Part shown: positions 8,748-17,946 of the stretch, piece by piece
How positions within the stretch are numbered: position 1 is the stretch's first letter
Layout: each line of letters begins with the position of its first letter
Assembly: GCA_045863855.1 (NCBI GenBank)
Contig: BTVV01000068.1
Span: 1 to 32,065 of the forward strand
Reading direction: 5' to 3'
Source of the DNA: Planctomycetota bacterium
GTDB taxonomy: Bacteria; Planctomycetota; SZUA-567; H5-PLA8
DNA length: 32,065 nucleotides
Notes under the pieces: generated by a model
What the model saw: the letters and a program-made list of their open reading frames with translations, nothing else
What the model was told of the DNA's origin: nothing
Databases searched by the model: none
Program-made: the position numbers and the translations under genes

Positions 8748-10037
8748 TTACTTTTTCTTCGGCGTCACCATCGCGAGCAAGTTGAGATACCAGGGCGAAA
8801 GAACACAGCCCCACATAAAGACGATATGCAGCGTCTTGAACAACGTCAGGTTCTGCGGTGTAGACGTGGCGAAAAAGAGCAACCCGAGTTTCGTACCGCC
8901 ACAGCCAATCAGAATCGCGGCAATGAGGATCATCAGTCTTCGCGGCCAACCCGGCTCGCAGTGGAATACGCCTGTCACGGGCAGCATCAACAGGCCGAAG
9001 AACCAGGCGGTCTCTTTCGCGCACACCGATTCCACGGGGTTCGATGAGAAGCCCAGCCAGACCAGCGCTCCCGCCAACCCCAGCAGCAGCACCGCCAGCG
9101 CATTCGACATCCGGATCTGGTCCCGGTTCAGCGCCAGCCGGCCGAAGCGGTTGAAGCGCAGCAGCAGATTAAAGAGCGGGTACGCCAGCCACGTGAGCAG
9201 GCAGAAGCCGAGGTACAGGTACAGGATCGGCTGCAAGTACGGCGCCCAGGCCGGATGGGACTTGCTCAAACTCGCGATGATCCGGTTGCCCAAGTACAAC
9301 CCGATGATCACAGCCCACGCCGCTTTGTCGCTCAGCTTACCCATGAACAGGAAATACTTGAGCATCCAGCGGTAAATGAAATGCCGCGCCTTCAGCGCCT
9401 CGACGATGCCTTGGCGCGCCCATTCGTTGTTCGGCTCGAGCCGCAGCGCTTCGCGGAAATGCTCCATCGCCTTTTGCGGTTCGCCGGCTTCCAGCAGCGC
9501 CCAACCCTGGTTCGCATGGGTGAGTGTATTGTCGGGGTTCTGGCGCAGCGCGACGTCCAGCACGCGCCCGGCCTCGGCCTGCCGGCCCAGCTTCACCAGC
9601 GCGATGGCCCGGACGTTCAGACATTTCTCGTGCTCCGCGTCGTGGCGCAGCCCGTTCTCGGCGGCGTCGAGCGCTTCCTGCCAGTGCTTCTGGTTCAAGC
9701 GCACGCCGCCCAGCAGGCCCCAGTAATCGGGCTCTTCGGGTAGCAGGCGGATGGCTTCGGCGATCGCTTCTCCGGCGGCGGCGTAATCGTCCCGCCCGGA
9801 GAGCACGGCGGCGTGCACGTAATGCGAAAACGAATCGTCCGGCGCGAGGCTCACCGCGCGCTGCGCTTCCTCCGTGGCCTCGGTATGCCGTTCGAGTTCC
9901 GACAAACACAGCGCCAGCAGCGCGTGCGCCTCCGGCGCATCGGGGTCTTCGGCCAGCGCCAAACGCAACTCGGCCTCCGCCATCTCGGGCCGGTGCTGCT
10001 GCAGGAGCAAGTGCGCGCGTTCGAAATGGGCGGACAT
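8748..10037 (-). CDS. TPR-repeat protein with a C-terminal multi-pass membrane domain
   Basis: About 6 canonical TPRs in the first 215 aa, followed by about 6 hydrophobic segments. Starts 6 bp after the AAA gene stop. Confidence 0.88.
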   Translation of the reverse strand: MSAHFERAHLLLQQHRPEMAEAELRLALAEDPDAPEAHALLALCLSELERHTEATEEAQRAVSLAPDDSFSHYVHAAVLSGRDDYAAAGEAIAEAIRLLPEEPDYWGLLGGVRLNQKHWQEALDAAENGLRHDAEHEKCLNVRAIALVKLGRQAEAGRVLDVALRQNPDNTLTHANQGWALLEAGEPQKAMEHFREALRLEPNNEWARQGIVEALKARHFIYRWMLKYFLFMGKLSDKAAWAVIIGLYLGNRIIASLSKSHPAWAPYLQPILYLYLGFCLLTWLAYPLFNLLLRFNRFGRLALNRDQIRMSNALAVLLLGLAGALVWLGFSSNPVESVCAKETAWFFGLLMLPVTGVFHCEPGWPRRLMILIAAILIGCGGTKLGLLFFATSTPQNLTLFKTLHIVFMWGCVLSPWYLNLLAMVTPKKK

Positions 10038-10043
10038 GGATGC

Positions 10044-11402
10044 CTATAGATTCAAATACTTCAAAATGTCGTCGTACACGCCGCCCTGATTCGAATAGAG
10101 CGCGTAGTTCCGCGCCGTCGCGAACCACTCTTTCGTGCTGGGCTTCACCTTCTTCGCCGCGGCGAGCAGGTCTTTGTCGGTGAGCGGCTTGGGCACGCCC
10201 TCTTTCATCGCCTGGCGCAGTTTCTCTTCGATGGCGAGATCGACGACGGCTTTCAGGTCCGCTCCGCTGAAGCCGTCGGTCTTCTTCGCCAGATAATCGA
10301 AATCCGGGTTTTCGACGGGCTTTCCTTTAAGCAGGATGCGCAGGACGCCGGCGCGCGCGGGCGCGTCGGGCGGCGGAACGAAGAGCACGCGGTCGAAGCG
10401 CCCCGGCCGGCGGAAAGCGCTGTCGAGATGCCACGGCGCGTTGGTCGCGGCGAGGATCAGGACGCCGTCGTTGTGCCCTTTCACGCCGTCCAATTCGGCG
10501 AGGAACTGGTTGATCTGGTTGCGCCCGGCGCTGTGGCGCAGGTCGCTGCGGCTGGCACCCAGCGCGTCCACCTCGTCGAAGAAGAGCACGCAGGGCTTGT
10601 GGGCGCGCGCCTGCTCGAAGATCGCGTGCAGGTTCCGCTCGCTGGCTCCGATCCACATGTCCAGCACGTCGTTGATGCCAATGGCCAGAAAGCGCGCCTG
10701 CACTTCGCCGGCCGTGGCGCGCGCCAGCAGCGTCTTCCCGCAACCCGGCGGCCCGTACATCAAGATCCCGCCGCCGATGGGCTTCCCGTAGGCCTTGTAG
10801 ATTTCCGGATGCGTCAGCGGGTGGACGATCTTGAGCTTGATCTCTTCCTTCAGCTCGTTCATCCCGCCCACATCGGCGAAGCCGACTTTGGGGCGCTCCA
10901 GTTCGAACGAGCCCTTCGCTTCGTCGGGTTCGGCGTGCTGGCGCAACTTCCCGTCCACGACTTCGTCGTCGTCGCGCGCGCCGCCGGCTTTGCCGCGCCG
11001 GATGCCCAGCCGCGCTTCGAGTTCCGTGTCGGCGGATTCCGGATCGGCGTCGAGGGCTTTGTGGTACTCCTTCACTGCGCGCTCGACTTCGCCCTGCGCG
11101 AAGAGCATCCGCGCGTGCAGCAGGTAGGCCGGAGCGGGGCGCTGCCCGCGGCGGATCAGATCCTCGACCAGCACCAGCGCCTGCGACACCTTGCCCTGCT
11201 GCTGGAACGCGCGCGCCAGCGCCAGCTTCGCGCCTTCGTGATCCGGCGCGCGCTGCAAGGCTTCCTTGGCTTCAACCTCGGCATCTTCATAGCGCCCGAA
11301 GCGCAGCAGCGTTTCGACCAAATGCAGGCGCAGCGGGACGTTTTCGGGCGAAACCTTGAGCGCCTCGCGCAGTCCCTGAAGTTCGGCATCCCCGGCGGCC
11401 AT
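10044..11402 (-). CDS. AAA+ ATPase (classical clade, single AAA module) with N-terminal TPRs
   Basis: Walker A GPPGCGKT, pore loop 'DMWIGASE', Walker B VLFFDE, SRH 'AATNAPWHLDSAFRRPGRFD'. AAGGA RBS. Confidence 0.93.
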   Translation of the reverse strand: MAAGDAELQGLREALKVSPENVPLRLHLVETLLRFGRYEDAEVEAKEALQRAPDHEGAKLALARAFQQQGKVSQALVLVEDLIRRGQRPAPAYLLHARMLFAQGEVERAVKEYHKALDADPESADTELEARLGIRRGKAGGARDDDEVVDGKLRQHAEPDEAKGSFELERPKVGFADVGGMNELKEEIKLKIVHPLTHPEIYKAYGKPIGGGILMYGPPGCGKTLLARATAGEVQARFLAIGINDVLDMWIGASERNLHAIFEQARAHKPCVLFFDEVDALGASRSDLRHSAGRNQINQFLAELDGVKGHNDGVLILAATNAPWHLDSAFRRPGRFDRVLFVPPPDAPARAGVLRILLKGKPVENPDFDYLAKKTDGFSGADLKAVVDLAIEEKLRQAMKEGVPKPLTDKDLLAAAKKVKPSTKEWFATARNYALYSNQGGVYDDILKYLNL

Positions 11403-11449
11403 GGCGATTCCTTATAAAAGCAGCAACGGACCGGAAGCAACGGCGCGTG

Positions 11450-11479
11450 AGGCTATCCGCAGCAATTGGGCGGCGTCAA
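11450..11479 (-). promoter_or_regulatory. Candidate sigma70-type promoter for the AAA/TPR operon
   Basis: Minus strand TTGACG-N18-TAGCCT, ending 48 bp before the AAA start. Confidence 0.4.
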
Positions 11480-11547
11480 GCGGACGGCCTCGAAAGGCCT
11501 GCGCGCGGATGCTGTATAGCCCTGAATAGGCCAGGAGCGGGATTCGG

Positions 11548-12165
11548 ATGCTATCGGCTTCGGCGTCCACGCCCGAATGGGATCAGCCGGCTAGGCGATA
11601 CGCCGGCACGGCGGTGCTGGGCTCGATGCTCTTGGGCGTTCTGATCCCCTGCTTGCTAACTTACTGGTTTTCCGGACATTCAGGACTGACCGCTGCATTT
11701 GTGGAAGCCCCCTCACGTCCCGAGGATGGACGCTGGGATTTCAGCGAACTGGGCTTGCTGCTCGCTGTGGCCAGTATCGGCTGCGGTCCCGGTGCCCTGA
11801 TCTTGTCCGGCATTCTGATTGCCTTGTTTCGTCACATCATGCGCCGGAATGGTCAGGACTGGCAGGTCTGGAAGTCGGAAAGGCTTTATCTACTGACCGG
11901 ATGCACGGTAGGCGCCATGGCGGCGTTCACCAACTTTCCGGGCTACCTTGTCGCGGACCTGTTGAACCATCACGACGGCTTGCGTTTTATTCGCGTCCTC
12001 ACCCTCTTCGCCGTCACCGGGGCCACCTGCGGAACCTGGATCGCGTGGCAGGTCTATCGCGAATTCCACCCCGGACTGGGGCTTTTCCCGCGCATCTCCC
12101 TCGCCGGCCTGATCGCGCTGGTACTCGGCTGGGGCACGTTGCTCCTCCTCTTTCAGCCCGCCTGA
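11548..12165 (+). CDS. Hypothetical integral membrane protein
   Basis: About 5-6 hydrophobic segments. Third codon positions are more A/T-rich than in neighbouring genes. Confidence 0.7.
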   Translation: MLSASASTPEWDQPARRYAGTAVLGSMLLGVLIPCLLTYWFSGHSGLTAAFVEAPSRPEDGRWDFSELGLLLAVASIGCGPGALILSGILIALFRHIMRRNGQDWQVWKSERLYLLTGCTVGAMAAFTNFPGYLVADLLNHHDGLRFIRVLTLFAVTGATCGTWIAWQVYREFHPGLGLFPRISLAGLIALVLGWGTLLLLFQPA

Positions 12166-12242
12166 CGCTTTCGTTCCCGCCGCTTTGGCGCTAGAAACAG
12201 GCCTTCGCCCATGCCAGCGCGGCGTTGGCCCGGAGCCCCGTC

Positions 12243-13592
12243 ATGTCCATCGCCTTTGAAGAGATCTTCGAAACCATCCGCATGATCGGGATGCAGCATC
12301 TCGACATCCGCACCACCACGCTGGGCCTCTCGCTCCTCGATTGCACCGGCGGGACGCCGCGCGAAGTCGCGCACAAGGTCTACGACAAGGTCACGAAAGT
12401 CGGTTCGCGCCTGGTCCCGGCGGCGCGGGAGATCGAAGCCGAGTACGGGATCCCCATCGTCAACAAGCGCGTAGCCGTCACCCCGGTGGCCGAACTGGGC
12501 CTCGCCGACCCGCTCCCCGTCGCCCTCGCGCTCGACAAGGCCGCGCACGAGATCGGCATCGATTTCCTGGGCGGCTACAGCGCGCTGGTCCAGAAGGGCT
12601 TCACCACGCACGACCACGCGCTGATCGATTCGCTCCCCGAGGCGCTGGCGATCACCGAACGGCTCTGCGGTTCGGTCGCGGTGGCCTCGACGCGGGCGGG
12701 GATCAACATGGATGCATGCCTGCGCCTGGGCGAGATGCTCAAGGCGCTGGCCGCGCGGACCGCCGATCGCGGCGGCGTCGGCTGCGCCAAGTTCTGCGCC
12801 TTCGCCAACGCGGTGGACGACAACCCGTTCATGGCCGGCGCCTTCCACGGCATCGGCGAAGGCGAATGCGGCCTCAGTGTCGGGATCAGCGGCCCCGGCG
12901 TCGTTAACGCCGTCGTCAAAGGTCTGCCCGGCGTCGATCTGCAGACCGTCGCCGACGAAATCCGCCGCACCGCCTACAAGATCACGCGCATGGGTGAATT
13001 GGTCGGGCGCAAAGTCAGCGAACGGCTGGGCGTACCGTTCAACATCATCGACCTCTCGCTCGCCCCGACGCCCGCGCCCGGCGACTCCATCGGCGAAATC
13101 ATCGAAGGCCTGGGACTCGAACGCACCGGAGCGCCCGGCACCACCGCGGCGCTGATGCTCCTGACCGATGCCGTCAAACGCGGCGGCGCCATGGCCACCA
13201 GCCATACGGGCGGCCTCAGCGGCGCGTTTATCCCGGTCAGCGAGGACGGCGCGATGGCCGCCGCCGCTGCCGAAGGCGCACTGACCATCGAGAAGCTCGA
13301 AGCCATGACCGCCGTCTGCTGTGTGGGGCTCGATATGGTCATTGTGCCCGGCGACACCAGCGCCGAAACCCTGGCCGCGATCATCGCCGACGAGTCGGCC
13401 ATTGGGGTGATGAATCACAAGACCACGGCCTGCCGCCTGATCCCCGCTCCGGGCAAGAAAGCCGGAGATACGGTCGATTTTGGGGGCTTGCTCGGATCGG
13501 GACCGGTAATGGCCGTCAATCGCTTCGGCTGCGCGCCATTTATCCGGCGTGGCGGCCGTATCCCGGCCCCGTTACAGGGCTTAAGAAATTAA
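12243..13592 (+). CDS. DUF711 / UPF0210 ('PFL family') protein
   Basis: 'ETIRMI...[12 protein letters not shown]', 'GIPIVNKR', '[11 protein letters not shown]', '[13 protein letters not shown]', '[14 protein letters not shown]', C-terminal 'RGGRIPAP...RN'. GGAG before ATG 12243. Confidence 0.92.
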   Translation: MSIAFEEIFETIRMIGMQHLDIRTTTLGLSLLDCTGGTPREVAHKVYDKVTKVGSRLVPAAREIEAEYGIPIVNKRVAVTPVAELGLADPLPVALALDKAAHEIGIDFLGGYSALVQKGFTTHDHALIDSLPEALAITERLCGSVAVASTRAGINMDACLRLGEMLKALAARTADRGGVGCAKFCAFANAVDDNPFMAGAFHGIGEGECGLSVGISGPGVVNAVVKGLPGVDLQTVADEIRRTAYKITRMGELVGRKVSERLGVPFNIIDLSLAPTPAPGDSIGEIIEGLGLERTGAPGTTAALMLLTDAVKRGGAMATSHTGGLSGAFIPVSEDGAMAAAAAEGALTIEKLEAMTAVCCVGLDMVIVPGDTSAETLAAIIADESAIGVMNHKTTACRLIPAPGKKAGDTVDFGGLLGSGPVMAVNRFGCAPFIRRGGRIPAPLQGLRN

Positions 13593-13823
13593 CCTCGACT
13601 AAAAATCGCCCTAAGCGAATGGGGCGTCGGCGCAACCATTATATACGCTGCACATGGAGCCTACCCAGGATGCTCTAAAGTTCTACCGGATTTGAGTTTG
13701 AAGATTGTAGGGCGCTCCGATTTGAGGTAAGAAATGCGGGCCGTAGTTAGCAAAGACCCCCGCGCGAGTAGCCGATACCGAGGCAGGCTGCCGGGAACTT
13801 GTGCGGCAGGGGGGAACGACGGG

Positions 13824-14726
13824 ATGCCCCGCGCTCAACTTGCGCGCTTGATACTGCTTCTGGGTGGGGCTTGTGCGCTGCTGAATGCACCCGTGCGCGG
13901 GGCAGCAGACCGCGAAGCTTTGCCCGGCGAACCGCAGCTCAATGCTTCCGCCACTCGCGAAATTGCCTACGCCGCCGGCCATGCCGAGCCGGTTCGGGAG
14001 CCCGTAACGGCTCCCCAAGCCACGCCGCCCAGCGAACCCGCAACGCCACCGGCCGCGCAGCAGATGGCCAGCGCCGCGCTGCAAGCGGCCAAGCGCGAGC
14101 ACACCGTCGCCACGCTGCCCACCGCCGGCAAGCCGGGGGACGTACGGCTCGTCTGCATGCGCACCGAGGTCGTCACGCGCGGGCGCTGGATCGTCCCGCC
14201 GCTGCCGGTTTATCCGTTCTCCATGTGGAACCGCTGGCTGGACGAGAACGCGCCCAAGGCCACGCATTGCGCGATCGACTGGATGGACGAGCAAGGACGC
14301 TGGTGGCATACCGAGATCCGCGGTTTCGAGCATCACGACGCACGGTACCGCGTTGGGCAGGGCGAGTTCACCGGATCGGGCGTGACCGTCTACGGCGTCT
14401 TTGTCCTCCCCGGCCGAAGCGATCCGGAAGGCCTGGAAGTGGTCCTGGACGAACCCGTGAATGGCGACTACCGGGTCATCGAGGCCGAAGCGCGCAAGTA
14501 CGGCCGTCTGGACAAGCGCCGTGGCGATCCGGGCACCGGCGGGCGCGGAAAAGAGAACGTCGGCCTGGGCGGTCCGTCCTTCAAGCCTTCGCAGAACAGC
14601 AACACCTTCGTCCGCTACCTGCTCGAACGCGTGAACGTGAAACGCGAAGCGCCGCCGGGCGCGATCGGCTGGAACACGGTGCCCCACTTCCCCTACTCGT
14701 CCGACGCCGATGCGAACGGCCGCTAA
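13824..14726 (+). CDS. Secreted protein with a DUF3750-like (permuted papain-like) C-terminal domain
   Basis: Signal peptide from ATG 13824, Pro/Ala linker, 'THCAIDW', and 'QNSNTFVRYLL...PPGAIGW'. Confidence 0.65.
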   Translation: MPRAQLARLILLLGGACALLNAPVRGAADREALPGEPQLNASATREIAYAAGHAEPVREPVTAPQATPPSEPATPPAAQQMASAALQAAKREHTVATLPTAGKPGDVRLVCMRTEVVTRGRWIVPPLPVYPFSMWNRWLDENAPKATHCAIDWMDEQGRWWHTEIRGFEHHDARYRVGQGEFTGSGVTVYGVFVLPGRSDPEGLEVVLDEPVNGDYRVIEAEARKYGRLDKRRGDPGTGGRGKENVGLGGPSFKPSQNSNTFVRYLLERVNVKREAPPGAIGWNTVPHFPYSSDADANGR

Positions 14727-14745
14727 GGAGCGCGCGAGAAGCTTG

Positions 14746-17451
14746 ATGCGCCGCACGATCGAACGCTGCGCGGCCTTGGCCGCGGCCCTGGCTCTGCTGC
14801 TCCAGGCCGGCTGCGGCGATACGCTGCGCACGGCGCTCCCGATCGTGCCCCCGTCGAAGTATGTCGACGTCGGCGGCCGCAAACTCACCCGCGCCGAGGT
14901 CGCTTACTACCAGAAGGTCCGCGAATTCAGCCAATGGACGCGCGTCGACCCCAACGACGCCGTCGCGTACTACTCGCTGGGCGAACTCTTCCAGGTCAAG
15001 GGCAACTACGAACTGGCCAAGGAACTGTACTTCAAAGCCACCCAGCTCGACCCCACGCTCTCCGAAGCGCACCACAACATGGCCGTGATCCTGATCGAAG
15101 AAGAGAACTTCAAGGATTCCATCGCGCTCCTCGAACGCGCCGAGAAGCTAAGTCCCGAAGACGCCAAGATTCAACACCACAAAGGCCAGGCTCACGCCGG
15201 GCTGGGACAGGTTCGCGAATCCCTCGAAGCCTACGACCGCGCGCTGCAACTGGACCCCGAGTTCACCGCCTGCTACCTCGATAAAGCCAAGCTCTACTAT
15301 TCGCGGCGGCGCTACGCCGATGCCGAAAAGGTCTGCCGACAGGCTATCGCCAATCTGCCCGCCGTCTCGCCGCACGCCACCGCGCGCGTGACGCATGGCG
15401 CGATCCTCGACAGCATTCTGCCCGACTCGCTGCTGTACTGGGCCGGCGAAGACCGCCCCGAAGACACCACGACGGCCGAAGCGCATTACGATCTGGCCCT
15501 GGCGCTCAAAGCCCAAGGCCGCCTGCGCGAGGCCCTCGCGGCGCTGGTCCCCGCCGAAACCTCGGCCACCGCCAAGCCCGATGTCCAGGTGCTCAAGGCC
15601 CGCCTGATGGAAGGCTTGGGCGATACGGCCGGCGCGATTACCACGCTCGAAACCTTGCGCGTCAGCCACCCCGATCTGGCCGAAATCCCGAAGCGTCTTT
15701 CGCAGCTCCAGCAGAAAGCCGGGCAGCCCCAGAAAGCCGCCGAGATGCGCCTGCAGGCCGCCGAACTGGATCACTCCGACCGCGCGCTGCAACTGGAAGC
15801 CGCCCGCGTGGCCGAAGCCAGCGGCGATGTCGCGCAAAGCATCGGGATCTACGAACGACTCGTGCGCCTGGACGCCAACGACGTGGGCAGCCTGCGCAAA
15901 CTGGCCGAGGCCTACGACAAGGCCGGGATCAACCGACAGTCCGCGCTGGCCTATCAGGAACTGGTCAACCGCCGGCCCGACGACCTCGACGCCCGCCGCC
16001 GCCTGGGCTTCCTCTACTCCGATCTCCCCGGCTTCCAGGGCCGAGCCGTCGTCCAATTCAAGCACGTCCTCAAGGCGCGCAGCAACGACACCGAAGTCCA
16101 CCGCCGTCTCGGCGAACTCTACGCGCAGTCGCGCAACCTGACCGGCGCAGAAGAACACGTCCGCTGGGCGCTGGAGCTGAACGCCGCCGATCCGCGCGCC
16201 CAAGCCTCGTTGGCCGACATTTACGCCGCGCAGAAACGGCCCGAAGAAGCCGTCACCGCCTACCGCAAAGCCCTGCAGCTCAAGCCCGACGACGCGCGCG
16301 TGCACCTCGAACTTTCCAAGACGCTGCTGCGCATCGACCGCAAGGAAGAGGCCGTCAAAGCCTTCGAGGCGTACCTGAAACTCAAGCCCGACGACGCGGA
16401 CGCGCGGCGCATCTACGCCAACACGCTGCGCGACCTCAACCGCCGCGAAGACGCCGTGCGCGAGTACCAGGCCATCATCGCCCAGAACCCGCGCGACGAA
16501 GCCACCGCCATGGAACTGGCCAAGCTCGCCAAGCTGCTCGGGCAATACAACCAGGCCGCCGGGATGTACGAATCCCTTCTGGAGTACAACCCCTCCAACC
16601 GCGAAGCGCTGCGCCAGGCCGGACGCCTGTACGACGAAATGAAGAAGCCCATGCGCGGCATGTACTGCTGGCAGCGCCTGATCAAGCTCGCCCCCAACGA
16701 CCTCGAAGCGCAAAAAGGCCTCGCCGCGGTTTACAAATCCATCGGCGACGACACCGCCGCCATCGCGAAGTACGAATCCCTCGGCGCCAGCGGCGACGAA
16801 GAAGGCTGGCGCAACGCCGCCTTCCTTCATCTGAAGCTCAACAACCGCGACAAAGCCATCGCCGCGTACCGCAAAGTCATCGAGATCCAGCGCAAGGACG
16901 TCCAGGCCCGCAAGCGCCTCGCCTCGCTTCTGCAGCATTCCGAGAACTCCGCCGAACGCGACGAAGCCATCGACCTCTACAAGGAACTGATTCAGCTCAA
17001 CGAGAAAGACGTCGCCTCGCGCCTCAACCTCGCCAACCTGTACACCGAGGACAACCGGCTCGCGCAGGCGCTCGAACAGTTCGAGGCCGTGCTGCGCGTG
17101 GAGCCCGAGAACGTCTCGGCGCACACCGGCTTGGGCGTCGTGTACCGCAAATGGAAGAAGTACGACAAAGCCGAGAAGTCCTACGCCCGCGCGCTCGAAC
17201 TCGCACCCAACGCCCGCCATGTGCATTACAACGTGGCCGTCCTTTACGACTTCTACCTCGACGATCAGGCGCGCGCGAAGAACCACTACAACCGCTTCCT
17301 CGAACTCGGCGGCGATCCGGTGCAGCTCCCGAAGGAACTCCAGGACGAGCCGCTCGACGCGCCACGCGAGACGCAGGTTCCCGCGCCGCCCAAGCCGCCG
17401 GCGGGCAAACCCGCGCCCGCCTCCATCGCGCCCGCCGCGCCCACGCGTTAA
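14746..17451 (+). CDS. Long TPR-repeat lipoprotein
   Basis: Lipobox 'LQAG-C', roughly 20 TPR-like units, Pro/Ala-rich tail. The ORF extends to ATG 14710. Confidence 0.88.
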   Translation: MRRTIERCAALAAALALLLQAGCGDTLRTALPIVPPSKYVDVGGRKLTRAEVAYYQKVREFSQWTRVDPNDAVAYYSLGELFQVKGNYELAKELYFKATQLDPTLSEAHHNMAVILIEEENFKDSIALLERAEKLSPEDAKIQHHKGQAHAGLGQVRESLEAYDRALQLDPEFTACYLDKAKLYYSRRRYADAEKVCRQAIANLPAVSPHATARVTHGAILDSILPDSLLYWAGEDRPEDTTTAEAHYDLALALKAQGRLREALAALVPAETSATAKPDVQVLKARLMEGLGDTAGAITTLETLRVSHPDLAEIPKRLSQLQQKAGQPQKAAEMRLQAAELDHSDRALQLEAARVAEASGDVAQSIGIYERLVRLDANDVGSLRKLAEAYDKAGINRQSALAYQELVNRRPDDLDARRRLGFLYSDLPGFQGRAVVQFKHVLKARSNDTEVHRRLGELYAQSRNLTGAEEHVRWALELNAADPRAQASLADIYAAQKRPEEAVTAYRKALQLKPDDARVHLELSKTLLRIDRKEEAVKAFEAYLKLKPDDADARRIYANTLRDLNRREDAVREYQAIIAQNPRDEATAMELAKLAKLLGQYNQAAGMYESLLEYNPSNREALRQAGRLYDEMKKPMRGMYCWQRLIKLAPNDLEAQKGLAAVYKSIGDDTAAIAKYESLGASGDEEGWRNAAFLHLKLNNRDKAIAAYRKVIEIQRKDVQARKRLASLLQHSENSAERDEAIDLYKELIQLNEKDVASRLNLANLYTEDNRLAQALEQFEAVLRVEPENVSAHTGLGVVYRKWKKYDKAEKSYARALELAPNARHVHYNVAVLYDFYLDDQARAKNHYNRFLELGGDPVQLPKELQDEPLDAPRETQVPAPPKPPAGKPAPASIAPAAPTR

Positions 17452-17453
17452 CG

Positions 17454-17939
17454 ATGCCCAGCTTCGACTTCCGGCCGCCTCATCTCCTCACCGTCCGGCA
17501 CCACCTCGCCTTCGAACTCTTCGGCCTGCTCGTCTTCGCGCTGGGCCTCGGCTGGCTCGCCTTTTTCCTCTACTACCTGCTTCAAAACTTGGTCCCTACG
17601 TGGTGGTGGAGCGCGCCGGGCTGGATCCTCAGCGTCGTCGGCGGCGAACTCTTCTTCGACGAAGAACGCCTCGTTTTCGACGCGCGCCGCCGCGCGCTGT
17701 ACTTCCGCCGCCCGTTCCGCAAGCCACGCGTTTATCTCTTCGACCGCATCGAGCGGATCGAATGCGCCGAATTGCCCACGCAGATCCTGGGCGGCAAGCC
17801 GCCGAAGGAATGCCGGCTGGTGCTGGACGGAGGCGAGTTCCTGAGCGTCTACCGCGGGCGCATCAAGGATATGGACGTGCTGGCCTCGAAGGTGGCCGAA
17901 GTGACGGGCAAACCGCTGGTGATGGGCGGCGCGGCCTAG
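17454..17939 (+). CDS. Hypothetical membrane protein (TM hairpin plus possible bacterial PH-like domain)
   Basis: ATG 2 bp after the TPR gene stop. Hydrophobic N-terminal half, beta-rich C-terminal half ('RVYLFDRIERIE'). Confidence 0.72.
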   Translation: MPSFDFRPPHLLTVRHHLAFELFGLLVFALGLGWLAFFLYYLLQNLVPTWWWSAPGWILSVVGGELFFDEERLVFDARRRALYFRRPFRKPRVYLFDRIERIECAELPTQILGGKPPKECRLVLDGGEFLSVYRGRIKDMDVLASKVAEVTGKPLVMGGAA

Positions 17940-17946
17940 AGCCTAT

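Noticed and set aside
10044..11402. Calling the ATPase FtsH, Cdc48 or Vps4
   Set aside because: It has no TM or M41 protease domain, only one AAA module, and TPRs rather than a MIT domain. A name needs a phylogeny.
13691..13702. TTTGAGTTTGAA shared with the minus strand at 23375-23386, both upstream of secreted-protein genes
   Set aside because: About one 12-mer match among the intergenic regions is expected by chance, and the flanks do not match.
17151..17453. N-terminal extension of the 17454..17939 gene
   Set aside because: It overlaps the TPR gene and has low-complexity Arg/Ala content. ATG 17454 directly follows the TPR stop.
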